Of a stretch of 62,993 nucleotides of DNA, positions 48,535-56,681 are shown one piece after another (position 1 is the first letter of the stretch; every line of letters starts with the position of its first letter). Origin of the DNA: Tagaea sp. (lineage in GTDB: Bacteria; Pseudomonadota; Alphaproteobacteria; CACIAM-22H2); assembly GCA_044356395.1 (NCBI GenBank), contig JBIKWI010000003.1, forward strand, positions 1-62,993, in the 5' to 3' direction. The notes beneath the pieces are model-generated. The model was given only the letters and a program-made list of their open reading frames with translations, had not been told where the DNA came from and did not search any database. A program made the translations under genes and the position numbers.

Positions 48535-48563
48535 TTGACAACCGGAACGTGTTCCTTCAATAT
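48535..48563 (+). promoter_or_regulatory. Orphan sigma-70-like promoter
   Basis: TTGACA (48535-48540), a 17-nt spacer containing the GGAAC-GT-GTTCC palindrome, then CAATAT (48558-48563). No plus-strand ORF follows. Confidence 0.4.
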
Positions 48564-48703
48564 CGCGGAAGATCCGCCGTGCTCTTTGACAAGTGAATAT
48601 GTTCGGGAAGTGGCACCGCAAAGCATGCGTTGCACGAAGTAGACGTCCGGTTACAAGCGTGCAACTTCAACGGGATAAATAGGTTACCGTAACCTGTCGT
48701 AAC

Positions 48704-49591
48704 CTATTGTTTGATCCAGCCGCCGCCATACAGGTCGGTGCGCCGGTCGGCGAGGTTGCGCACCGTGCCGCCGGTGCGCGCGGCATCCAAGGCGGCGAGA
48801 TCGAGGTCGGCGAAGATCAGCGTCTCGATTCCCGCCGGAGCGATCTCGACCAGCCCGTCGCGCGCGAAAGGCACGTCGCACGGTGCGATCAGGCAGCTCT
48901 CGGCGTACTGGATGTCCATGTTCTCGACGAACGGGAGATTGCCCACGTTGCCGGCCAGCGCCAGATAGCACTGGTTCTCGACCGCACGGGCCTGCGCACA
49001 GTGGCGCACGCGCATGTAACCGCGCCGGTCGTCGGTGCAGAACGGCACGAGGATGAGCCTGGCCCCCTCGTCGACCAGATGGCGCTGCAACTCGGGGAAC
49101 TCGACATCGTAGCAGACCGTGACGGCGACCGGGCCGAACGCGGTCATCACCGGCATCGCCGTGTCGCCGCCGACGATGCCCCACGTCTCGCGCTCGCTTG
49201 GCGTCGCATGGATCTTGGCCTGCGCGTGCAGCGTGCCGTCGGGCAAAGCGAGGAACGACACGTTGCGCGGGATCCCCTTCTCGTCGCGCAGGAAGTGCGA
49301 GCCGCCGCAGATATGGATCTTGTGGCGCTTGGCAAGCGTGGCAAGGCTCGTCTTGAAGCGCGCGGTGTAGGCGTCGAGGCCGGCGACGACCTGTGCGGGC
49401 GGCACGCCGCGATGCTTCACGGTCAAAAGCTGCAGCGTGAACATCTCGGGGAACACGACGAAGTCGGCGCGGTAGCTTGCCGCTACGCGCACGAAATAGG
49501 CGAGCCGCTCCTCGAACGCCTCGTAGCTGTCGATGGCGCCCTGGCCATACTGCACGCACGCCACGCGCGCGGACGGGCGGAATTCCGCCAC
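48704..49591 (-). CDS. Carbon-nitrogen hydrolase (nitrilase superfamily) protein
   Basis: ~295 aa with FPE (catalytic Glu) in VVFPEMF, and CYDVEFPE (catalytic Cys). The GTG start at 49591 is 2 nt after the upstream stop. Trimmed from composite ORF 48704..50545. Confidence 0.8.
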   Translation of the reverse strand: MAEFRPSARVACVQYGQGAIDSYEAFEERLAYFVRVAASYRADFVVFPEMFTLQLLTVKHRGVPPAQVVAGLDAYTARFKTSLATLAKRHKIHICGGSHFLRDEKGIPRNVSFLALPDGTLHAQAKIHATPSERETWGIVGGDTAMPVMTAFGPVAVTVCYDVEFPELQRHLVDEGARLILVPFCTDDRRGYMRVRHCAQARAVENQCYLALAGNVGNLPFVENMDIQYAESCLIAPCDVPFARDGLVEIAPAGIETLIFADLDLAALDAARTGGTVRNLADRRTDLYGGGWIKQ

Positions 49592-49593
49592 GG

Positions 49594-50538
49594 CTAGAAC
49601 CCCACCTTGTCGCCGCCCTTGAGGGCGAGGATCAGCCTCGCCTCGTCCGGCGTGGCGACCGACAGGCCCAGCCCCTCGATGATTCCGCGCACGCGCGTCA
49701 CCTGCTCGGCGTTTGTTTTCGCAAGCTGGCCCGGGCCGATCCACAGCGAGTCCTCGAGACCCACGCGCACGTTGCCGCCCATCGCGGCGGCCTGTGCCGC
49801 GATCGCCAGCTGGTGGCGGCCCGCCCCCAGCACCGACCAGCGATAGGCATCGCCGAACAGCCGGTCGGCGGTGCGCTTCATGTGCAGCACGTCCTCGGGA
49901 TGCGTGCCGATGCCGCCCAGGATGCCGAACACCGACTGCACGAAGAAGGGCGGCTTGACGAGACCCTTCTCGACGAAATGCGCCAGCGTGTAGAGATGCC
50001 CGATGTCGTAGCACTCGATCTCGAAGCGTGTACCATTGTCCGCACAGGTGCGCAGGATGAGTTCGATGTCCGCGAACGTGTTCTTGAAGAAGCCGGTGCG
50101 CGAGCCTTCCAGATAGGGCCGCTCCCAGTCGTGCTTCAGGTCCTTGAAGCGCTCGAGCATGGGAAACAGTGCGAAGTTCATCGTGCCCATGTTGAGCGAG
50201 GCGACCTCGGGCTTGAACGCGGCCGCGGGCTTCAGCCGCTCTTCCACCAGCATCGTGGGCGAGCCGCCGGTCGTGAGGTTTACGACACAGTTCGACGACT
50301 GCTTGATGATCTTCAGGAACGGGGCGAACGCCTCGGGCGACTGGTCGGGCTTGCCGGTCTTGGGATCGCGCGCATGCAGGTGGACGATCGCAGCCCCCGC
50401 CTCGACGGCACCGAGGGCCGCATCCGCGATCTCCTGCGGCGTCACCGGCAGATAGGGCGACATCGACGGCGTGTGGATCGCCCCCGTCACCGCACAGGTG
50501 ATGATGACCTTGCGGCCCTTCTTCGCGTCGCTCGCCAT
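49594..50538 (-). CDS. BKACE family enzyme (3-keto-5-aminohexanoate cleavage enzyme-like, DUF849)
   Basis: MASDAKKGRKVIITCAVTGAIHTPS....P.TP.EIA..A..A..AGAAIVHLHARD...G and ..NVRVGLEDS.. are hallmarks of the beta-keto acid cleavage enzyme family. Confidence 0.85.
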   Translation of the reverse strand: MASDAKKGRKVIITCAVTGAIHTPSMSPYLPVTPQEIADAALGAVEAGAAIVHLHARDPKTGKPDQSPEAFAPFLKIIKQSSNCVVNLTTGGSPTMLVEERLKPAAAFKPEVASLNMGTMNFALFPMLERFKDLKHDWERPYLEGSRTGFFKNTFADIELILRTCADNGTRFEIECYDIGHLYTLAHFVEKGLVKPPFFVQSVFGILGGIGTHPEDVLHMKRTADRLFGDAYRWSVLGAGRHQLAIAAQAAAMGGNVRVGLEDSLWIGPGQLAKTNAEQVTRVRGIIEGLGLSVATPDEARLILALKGGDKVGF

Positions 50539-51617
50539 CACGCACTCCCGATCAGTGCCGCGACCGCCTTGCCGCATTCTTCCGTGCCAAGCGTGCCGCC
50601 GAGATCGCGCGTGCGCGTGGCGGGATCGGACAGGGATTTCTCGACCGCCTTCTCGATGGCGAGTGCAGCTTCGCTCTCGCCCAGATGCTCGAGCATCATC
50701 GCGGCCGTCCAGATCTGGCCGACCGGATTGGCGATGCCCTTGCCCGCGATGTCGGGGGCCGAACCGTGCACAGGCTCGAACAGCGAGGGGAACTTGCGCT
50801 CCGGGTTGATGTTTGCCGAGGGTGCGATGCCGATCGTGCCCGTGCAGGCGGGGCCGAGGTCGGAGAGTATGTCGCCGAACAGGTTGGACGCGACGACCAC
50901 GTCGAAACGGTCGGGATTGAGCACGAAGTGCGCGGTCAGGATGTCGATATGGTACTGGTCGACGGCGACATCCGGATAGGCCTTCGACATCTCCTTCACG
51001 CGGGCATCCCAGTACGGCATCGAGATCGAGATGCCGTTGGACTTGGTGGCGGAGGTGAGCTTCCTGCGCTTGCGCTTCTTCGCCAGCTCGAAAGCGTAGC
51101 GCAGGATGCGGTCGACGCCGATGCGCGTGAACACCGTTTCCTGCACGACCATCTCGCGCTCGGTGCCCGGAAAGATCGTGCCGCCCAGCGACGTGTACTC
51201 GCCCTCGGTGTTCTCGCGCACCACGTACATGTCGATGTCGCCGGGCTTGCGGCCCGCCAGCGGGCACGGTACGCCGGGCATCAGGCGCACGGGGCGCAGG
51301 TTCACGTACTGGTCGAACTCGCGGCGGAACTGCAGCAGCGAGCCCCACAGCGACACGTGGTCGGGCACGATGGCGGGCCAGCCGACGGCGCCGAAGAACA
51401 GCGCGTCATGGCCGCCGATCTGCGCCTTCCAGTCGTCCGGCATCATCTTGCCGTGTTTGGCCCAGTAGTCGCAGCTTGCGAAATCGAAATCGTCGAGCTT
51501 CAGGTCGAAGCCGAATTTCGCGGAGGCCGCGCGCAATGCGCGCACGCCTTCGGGCACGACTTCCTTGCCGATTCCGTCGCCGGTAATCACCGCGATGCGG
51601 TAGTTGCGATTTGTCAT
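50538..51617 (-). CDS. Tartrate dehydrogenase/decarboxylase-like (isopropylmalate/isocitrate dehydrogenase superfamily)
   Basis: 359 aa with IAVI.GDGIGKEV.PE, VRENTEGEY and NLFGDILSD. The stop overlaps the BKACE start. Confidence 0.85.
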   Translation of the reverse strand: MTNRNYRIAVITGDGIGKEVVPEGVRALRAASAKFGFDLKLDDFDFASCDYWAKHGKMMPDDWKAQIGGHDALFFGAVGWPAIVPDHVSLWGSLLQFRREFDQYVNLRPVRLMPGVPCPLAGRKPGDIDMYVVRENTEGEYTSLGGTIFPGTEREMVVQETVFTRIGVDRILRYAFELAKKRKRRKLTSATKSNGISISMPYWDARVKEMSKAYPDVAVDQYHIDILTAHFVLNPDRFDVVVASNLFGDILSDLGPACTGTIGIAPSANINPERKFPSLFEPVHGSAPDIAGKGIANPVGQIWTAAMMLEHLGESEAALAIEKAVEKSLSDPATRTRDLGGTLGTEECGKAVAALIGSA

Positions 51618-51648
51618 CTGTCCGTCCTGCTGGAAATGCCGACGGACT

Positions 51649-52176
51649 TTAGCCGCCATGCCCGGCAAGTGCACGCGCCGCGTCGGCCTCGGCGGCGGTC
51701 GCGTCGACGCGCACGTGGCAGGCGAAGACCATGTCGACATTGCGCCCGTCGCGCGCCAGCGGCAACGCGAGGCGCTGCATGCGGATGTACTGGCGCCCGG
51801 CGGTCCACATCTGGTTTTCCCAATAGTGCGCGACGCGCCCGCGGGCGACCTCGGACAGGGCCGCGTTGACCTGCTCCCGGCGCTCGGGCAGCACGAACTC
51901 GTCGATGAAGCGGCCGGCGGGGGCGGCCCCCATGATGTCGACCAGCATCTCGCCCGCCACGCGGATGCGGAAGCGCGGCCCCGCTTCGCCGGGAACGACG
52001 TCGTAGAGCACGACGCTGGCGATGATCTGCGGGATGTCGACCAGCGGGTCGATATGCTGGCGGCCGGGCAGTGCCGCCGGCGGCGCCGCCTTGCGCCAAT
52101 AATCGTAGAACAGCCGGAAGTCCGGATGGACAGCCGCGGCCGGAAGCTCCGGAAGCTGGATCGAAGGATCGCGCAT
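51649..52176 (-). CDS. PAS_5/DUF1457-type PAS domain protein (paralog of 4717..5175)
   Basis: Starts MRDPSIQ..FRLFYDYWRKAAP...LPGRQHIDPL..IP.....VVLYDVV.....RFRIRVAGE. The longer ORF start would run into tRNA-Leu, so I chose 52176. Confidence 0.7.
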   Translation of the reverse strand: MRDPSIQLPELPAAAVHPDFRLFYDYWRKAAPPAALPGRQHIDPLVDIPQIIASVVLYDVVPGEAGPRFRIRVAGEMLVDIMGAAPAGRFIDEFVLPERREQVNAALSEVARGRVAHYWENQMWTAGRQYIRMQRLALPLARDGRNVDMVFACHVRVDATAAEADAARALAGHGG

Positions 52177-52210
52177 GGCGTCGTTCCGGGCGAATTGCGG
52201 TGCCGGCCGG

Positions 52211-52296
52211 TGGTGCCCCAGGTCGGACTTGAACCAACATGCCCTTGCGGGCAACAGATTTTGAGTCTGCCGCGTCTACCGTTTCGCCACTGGGGC
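52211..52296 (-). tRNA. tRNA-Leu (anticodon CAA)
   Basis: The reverse complement reads GCCCCAGTGGCGAAACGGTAGACGCGGCAGACTCAAAATCTGTTGCCCGCAAGGGCATGTTGGTTCAAGTCCGACCTGGGGCACCA. It has a 7-bp acceptor stem, anticodon loop CTCAAAA, a long variable arm and CCA. Confidence 0.93.
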
Positions 52297-52384
52297 ACCG
52301 GGCCGGACGGTCGGCGCGGATCATAGGGGCCAAATCGCCCGGGTCAACTGCCGCCGGGCTTGGGCGGCGGGCCGCATCCGGCCT

Positions 52385-52903
52385 ATGTTCCCCGGCATGC
52401 GTCCCTTCGATCTGCCCGTCCGCACGCTCGCCGCCGCCGTCGCCCTCGGCAGTGCCGCCGTGCTCGGCACTGCCCTCGCCTTCCAGCATCTGGGCGGGCT
52501 TGCGCCCTGCGTGCTGTGCTACTGGCAGCGTTATCCCTATTGGGCGGCGATCCCGCTTGCCCTGCTTGCCGCGCTCGTCGCCGGCGCGAACCGGCGTCTT
52601 GCCGCGGCACTGCTCGCACTGGCCGCGGCCTGTCTCGTCGTCGATGCCGGCATCGCCGCCTTCCATGTCGGGGTCGAGTTCAAATGGTGGGAAGGGACAT
52701 CCGAGTGCGGCGGGACCAGGCCCGCATCGGGCAGCCTCGAGGAGCTCCGCGCGCGCCTGCTCGCGGCCCCCGTCGTGCGCTGCGACGAACCCGCCTGGAC
52801 GCTGTTCGGCCTGTCGATGGCAGGCTACAATTTCTTCGCGGCCCTCGGCCTTGCCGCACTGGCGGCGCTGGGTGCCGCGCGCGCACGCGACGGAGAACGA
52901 TGA
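52385..52903 (+). CDS. dsbB: Disulfide bond formation protein B (DsbB family)
   Basis: 172 aa with 4 TM segments, a first Cys pair CVLC and a second pair in the periplasmic loop (..SECGG...VRCDE). Met-5 (52397) is an alternative start. Confidence 0.8.
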   Translation: MFPGMRPFDLPVRTLAAAVALGSAAVLGTALAFQHLGGLAPCVLCYWQRYPYWAAIPLALLAALVAGANRRLAAALLALAAACLVVDAGIAAFHVGVEFKWWEGTSECGGTRPASGSLEELRARLLAAPVVRCDEPAWTLFGLSMAGYNFFAALGLAALAALGAARARDGER

Positions 52904-53457
52904 TGGACCACGCCCGCACGATGGGACTGCCCGGCGAGCCGGCCGGCGACAAGCTGGTCGACCGCGTGCTGCGCGTCGACCATGCCGGCGAGTACGGCGC
53001 CGTGCGCATCTACGAAGGCCAGCTTGCCGTGCTCGGCCGCGACAGCGCTGCCGGCGCCGCCATCGCCCACATGGCCGGGCAGGAGCGCCGCCATCTCGAC
53101 ACGTACGAGAAGCTGCTGCCCGAGCGGCGCGCGCGCCCCACGCTGCTGCAGCCCTTCTGGCACGCGGCCGGGTTCGCCCTGGGTGCCGCGACCGCGATGC
53201 TGGGGCCCAAGGCCGCGATGGCCTGCACGGTCGCGGTCGAGGAAGTGATCGACGAGCACTACCGCGAGCAGATCGAATCGCTGCCCGAGTCGGAAGCCGC
53301 CCTCAAGGCCACGCTCGAGGAGTTCCGCCGCGAGGAAGTCGAGCATCGCGACGAGGCGCTGTCCCATCAGGCGCTGGACGCGCCCGGCTACGAGGTGCTC
53401 TCCGGCGCCATCAAGGCGGGCTCGCGGCTGGCGATCTGGCTCTCGTCGCGGATCTGA
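52900..53457 (+). CDS. coq7: Demethoxyubiquinone hydroxylase Coq7
   Basis: Di-iron carboxylate motifs VDHAGEYGAVRIY, ..EE..H.., AVEEVIDEHY and EFRREEVEHRD. The ATG overlaps the dsbB stop. Confidence 0.92.
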   Translation: MMDHARTMGLPGEPAGDKLVDRVLRVDHAGEYGAVRIYEGQLAVLGRDSAAGAAIAHMAGQERRHLDTYEKLLPERRARPTLLQPFWHAAGFALGAATAMLGPKAAMACTVAVEEVIDEHYREQIESLPESEAALKATLEEFRREEVEHRDEALSHQALDAPGYEVLSGAIKAGSRLAIWLSSRI

Positions 53458-53526
53458 ATCGCGGACGGCGGCAATAATTCACCGGACTGCCGCTATTTCG
53501 CCACGCTTGGCGGCGATAAGGCGGTT

Positions 53527-53700
53527 ATGCCGAAGCCGGAACCGAACCCGAACCTGCGTCTCGACGAGGAACCGCACCTCGGCGAACTCGTCGACGACCC
53601 CGTGACGCGCGCCGTGATGGCCCGCGACGGCGTGACGCGCGCGGAACTCCTCGAACATATCGCGGCCGCGCAGGCGAGGCTGTTCGCACTCGAGGCCTAG
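53527..53700 (+). CDS. Small hypothetical protein (57 aa)
   Basis: MPKPEPNPNLRLDEEPHLGELVDDPVTRAVMARDGVTRAELLEHIAAAQARLFALEA. Third codon positions are G/C-rich like real genes here, and AAGG lies 6 nt upstream. It is below the ORF-track cut-off. Confidence 0.5.
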   Translation: MPKPEPNPNLRLDEEPHLGELVDDPVTRAVMARDGVTRAELLEHIAAAQARLFALEA

Positions 53701-53748
53701 AGCGGCAGGGCATGGACCGGCGGCCCCCGGCCCGCTAACTTGGCCGCC

Positions 53749-55167
53749 ATGATCCGCCGGTCCGCCGCCTTCGTCGTGCTCATGTCGCTTGCTGGCGCAG
53801 GCGCGCAGGCCGCGTCGCCCGGCGACGGCGCCTATCGCGGCACGGTGGAGTGCGCCGGCATCGGCGCTTCGCCCGGCTTCCGCCAGTCGGTCGCGGTCGT
53901 CGTGCGCGACGGCCGCTTCGCCCTCCAGCGCGGCATTCCCGACGAGGACGGGTCGGAGACGCTCGTCGGCAGCGTCGCAGCCGACGGGGGCGTGCGCGTC
54001 GAAGGCAGCTATCGCGCCGAGACCGTCAAGAACGTCCTGTACGAAGGCCGCATCGAGGACGGCCGCCTGCGCGCCGAAGGCATGCGCGGCCCGCGCAGGT
54101 GCAAGGTGGCGCTCGACGGCGCGCCCTCCGCCGGAATCGAGCCGCCCTACAAGCGCCTGCCCGAGATCGAGGCGCGCCGCGCGGCGGTCGGCGCCCGGAT
54201 CGCCGGAACCTTCGCGTGCGCCGAGCCCCCGGTCCCCGTGCGCGACGTGACGGTCGAGTCGTTCTACCGGCGCGACGATCCGAGCTTCTCGATCGTCGAT
54301 CCCGAAGCGCTCGCCGCGCGCAACCGCGCCACGGCACCGCTTGCCGCCCTTGCCAGTGGCATTGCGCGCATGGGCGACCGGTATCTCGGGGCAAGCCCGC
54401 GCAACCCCGCGGTCGCCGCCTGCATGGCCGGCTGGCTCGACCGGTGGGCGGGCGAAGGCGCCATGCTCGGCCGCGTCACGATGCAGGGTATCTACGAGCG
54501 CAAATGGACGCTCGCCACGCTGGCGCTCAACTACGCGCTGCTAGCCGACGCGCCGGAGATCGACGCCGCGACGCGCGCGCGCATCGAAGGCTGGCTGCGC
54601 GACCTCGCCTGGGCGACGGTTCCGGACTATGCGCGCAAACCCTTCGCCGATCAGAACAACCACCTGAACTGGGCGGCCCTCGCCGTGCTCGCAGCCGCCG
54701 TCGCGACCGACGACGCGGCGCTGTTCGACTGGGGGATCGCCGCAACGCGTGGCGCGCTGGCGGTCGTCGCCGCCGACGGCTCGCTGCCGCGCGAACTGGC
54801 GCGCCGCTCGAAGGCACTCCACTATCACCGCTTCGCGCTGGAGCCGCTTGTGCTCGCCGACGCGCTGGCCGCGGCCAACGGCATCGAGCTTTCGGAACAG
54901 TCCGGCGATGCGTTGGCCAGGCTCGCCGCCTTCACGCGCGACGGGTTCGAGAACCCCGAGTCGGTGGCGAAGCGCGCGGGCGTTGCCCAGGAAGGCGTGG
55001 GTTCGGAACTTGTGTCGCCGTCGTCCTATGCCTGGGCCGAGATCTATCTCGCCCGCCACGAAGACGAGAAGCTTGCCGCCGCCGTCGACCGCGTGCGCGG
55101 CCGCGCGCTCGCATCGACATGGCTCGGCGGAAACCTGACGCTGCGCTTCGGCCCGGTGAAGCGCTAG
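53749..55167 (+). CDS. Alginate-lyase-fold (PL5/AlgL-like) secreted protein with N-terminal extra domain
   Basis: Signal peptide MIRRSAAFVVLMSLAGAGAQA. The C-terminal ~300 aa carry NNHLNWAA and LHYHRFALEPL, resembling the alginate_lyase family. The first ~130 aa are unassigned. Confidence 0.65.
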   Translation: MIRRSAAFVVLMSLAGAGAQAASPGDGAYRGTVECAGIGASPGFRQSVAVVVRDGRFALQRGIPDEDGSETLVGSVAADGGVRVEGSYRAETVKNVLYEGRIEDGRLRAEGMRGPRRCKVALDGAPSAGIEPPYKRLPEIEARRAAVGARIAGTFACAEPPVPVRDVTVESFYRRDDPSFSIVDPEALAARNRATAPLAALASGIARMGDRYLGASPRNPAVAACMAGWLDRWAGEGAMLGRVTMQGIYERKWTLATLALNYALLADAPEIDAATRARIEGWLRDLAWATVPDYARKPFADQNNHLNWAALAVLAAAVATDDAALFDWGIAATRGALAVVAADGSLPRELARRSKALHYHRFALEPLVLADALAAANGIELSEQSGDALARLAAFTRDGFENPESVAKRAGVAQEGVGSELVSPSSYAWAEIYLARHEDEKLAAAVDRVRGRALASTWLGGNLTLRFGPVKR

Positions 55168-55802
55168 ATCGGATCCAGTTCGGTGTCCCAGTAGAGGAAG
55201 TCGCGCCAGCTCTCGTGCAGGTAGTTGGGCGGGAAGGCGCGGCCGTTTTCCTGCAGCTCGGTCGAGGTCGGCTGCACCGCCTTGTTGCGCGGGAACATCT
55301 TCGCCTCGCTCGGCAGCCGGCTGCCCTTGACGAGATTGCAGCACGAACACGCGGTGACGACGTTCGTCCAGGTCGTGCGTCCGCCGCGCGAACGCGGGAT
55401 CACGTGGTCGAAGGTGAGCTCGGGTGCCGGGAAGCCGTCGCCGCAGTACTGGCACTCGAACCGGTCGCGCAGGAACACGTTGAAGCGCGTGAAGGCCGGA
55501 CGGCGGGCGGCCGGCACGTACTCCTTGAGCGAGATGACCGAAGGCAGCCGGAACGCCTGGGAAGGCGAGCGCACGATGCGGTCGTACTCGTGCACGACGT
55601 TGACGCGGTCCTGGTAGACCGCCTTGATCGCGTCCTGCCACGACCAGACCGACAGCGGGAAATACGAGAGCGGGCGGAAATCGGCATTGAGGACCAAGGC
55701 CGGACAGGCTTCGGCGTTGACCGAATGGCCGTTCACGGGAACGAACGGCACATGCGCCGGATCGATCGGCTCGCTCAGCGAACTATGCGCTTGCAGACTC
55801 AC
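55164..55802 (-). CDS. HNH endonuclease family protein
   Basis: CQYCG.....LTFDHVIPRSRGG.TTWTNVVTAC..CN..K (HNH/His-Me finger). It has a GTG start. Confidence 0.8.
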   Translation of the reverse strand: MSLQAHSSLSEPIDPAHVPFVPVNGHSVNAEACPALVLNADFRPLSYFPLSVWSWQDAIKAVYQDRVNVVHEYDRIVRSPSQAFRLPSVISLKEYVPAARRPAFTRFNVFLRDRFECQYCGDGFPAPELTFDHVIPRSRGGRTTWTNVVTACSCCNLVKGSRLPSEAKMFPRNKAVQPTSTELQENGRAFPPNYLHESWRDFLYWDTELDPI

Positions 55803-55965
55803 GCGCGACCCCTCCGCCTCCGTTTCCGGTGCGGCAGCCGCCCTTGTCGTTCAGGTCCGGGCGAGCCACGGCACGAGATTCGACGCAAAACTATCAATCA
55901 ATTGATAGGCGATCCGGCGAAGGAACACAATATCCAGCGTATTGCAGCGCGATGACGTTTCGCGC

Positions 55966-56637
55966 TCACGCGGCGAGCGTGGTTCCCAGACGCTCGACCA
56001 GGAATTCGGCGCCGGCCTGCAGCCCCGCCTCGTCGATCGAGTGCGGCAGATCGGGGCAGGTCAGCGTCTCGACCGCGATACCCGCCGCGTCGAGTGCCGT
56101 TGCCGCCTGCGCCATGCGCTCGTACGGCACGATCGGATCGGCATCGCCGTGCACGAGCAGCACCGGCGGACGCGAGCGCGCTTCCGTCGACATCAGCTCG
56201 GCGCCGACGAGTGCGCCGGAAAAGCCGACCACGCCGGCGATGGCGAACGGGCGGCGCGGGGCGACGAACAGCGACATCATCGTGCCCTGGCTGAATCCCA
56301 CCAGCGCCATCCGTTCGGGCGGCAGGTCGTGGCGCGCCAGCTCGGCATCGAGGAACGAGTCGAGGATGGGGGCCGCCGCCTGCACGCCCGCCAGCACGCG
56401 CGCCGGCGTGCGGTCGAGTAGGCTGAACCATTGGCGGCCATAGGGCGCCATGTCGCACGGAAAGGGCGCGTGCGGCGAGACGAACGCCGTGTTCGGCAGC
56501 ACGCGCGCCCACAAGGGTGCGAGCGAGATGAGGTCGTTGCCGTCGGCGCCCAGCCCGTGCAGCAGCACGACCACGCTTCTGGCCTTGCCGCCGGCCTGCG
56601 GGGCCAGCCGCGGCCCGTCGAGTTCGAAAAACGCCAT
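55966..56637 (-). CDS. Alpha/beta hydrolase (phospholipase/carboxylesterase family)
   Basis: 223 aa with VVLLHGLGADGNDL, the nucleophile elbow GFSQG and VHGDADPIVP. Confidence 0.88.
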   Translation of the reverse strand: MAFFELDGPRLAPQAGGKARSVVVLLHGLGADGNDLISLAPLWARVLPNTAFVSPHAPFPCDMAPYGRQWFSLLDRTPARVLAGVQAAAPILDSFLDAELARHDLPPERMALVGFSQGTMMSLFVAPRRPFAIAGVVGFSGALVGAELMSTEARSRPPVLLVHGDADPIVPYERMAQAATALDAAGIAVETLTCPDLPHSIDEAGLQAGAEFLVERLGTTLAA

Positions 56638-56681
56638 GCGCGATTTGGTACCAGTGCGGCCATGCTACTGTCGAGACCGCA

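Noticed and set aside
52177-52254. N-terminal extension of the PAS_5 ORF (track start 52254)
   Set aside because: It would overlap tRNA-Leu (52211-52296) on the same strand. The internal Met at 52176 begins the region homologous to the paralog.
53525-53713. 62-aa minus-strand ORF from the track
   Set aside because: The product is an Arg/Pro-rich junk translation. The opposite strand carries a 57-aa ORF with gene-like third-position bias and an RBS.
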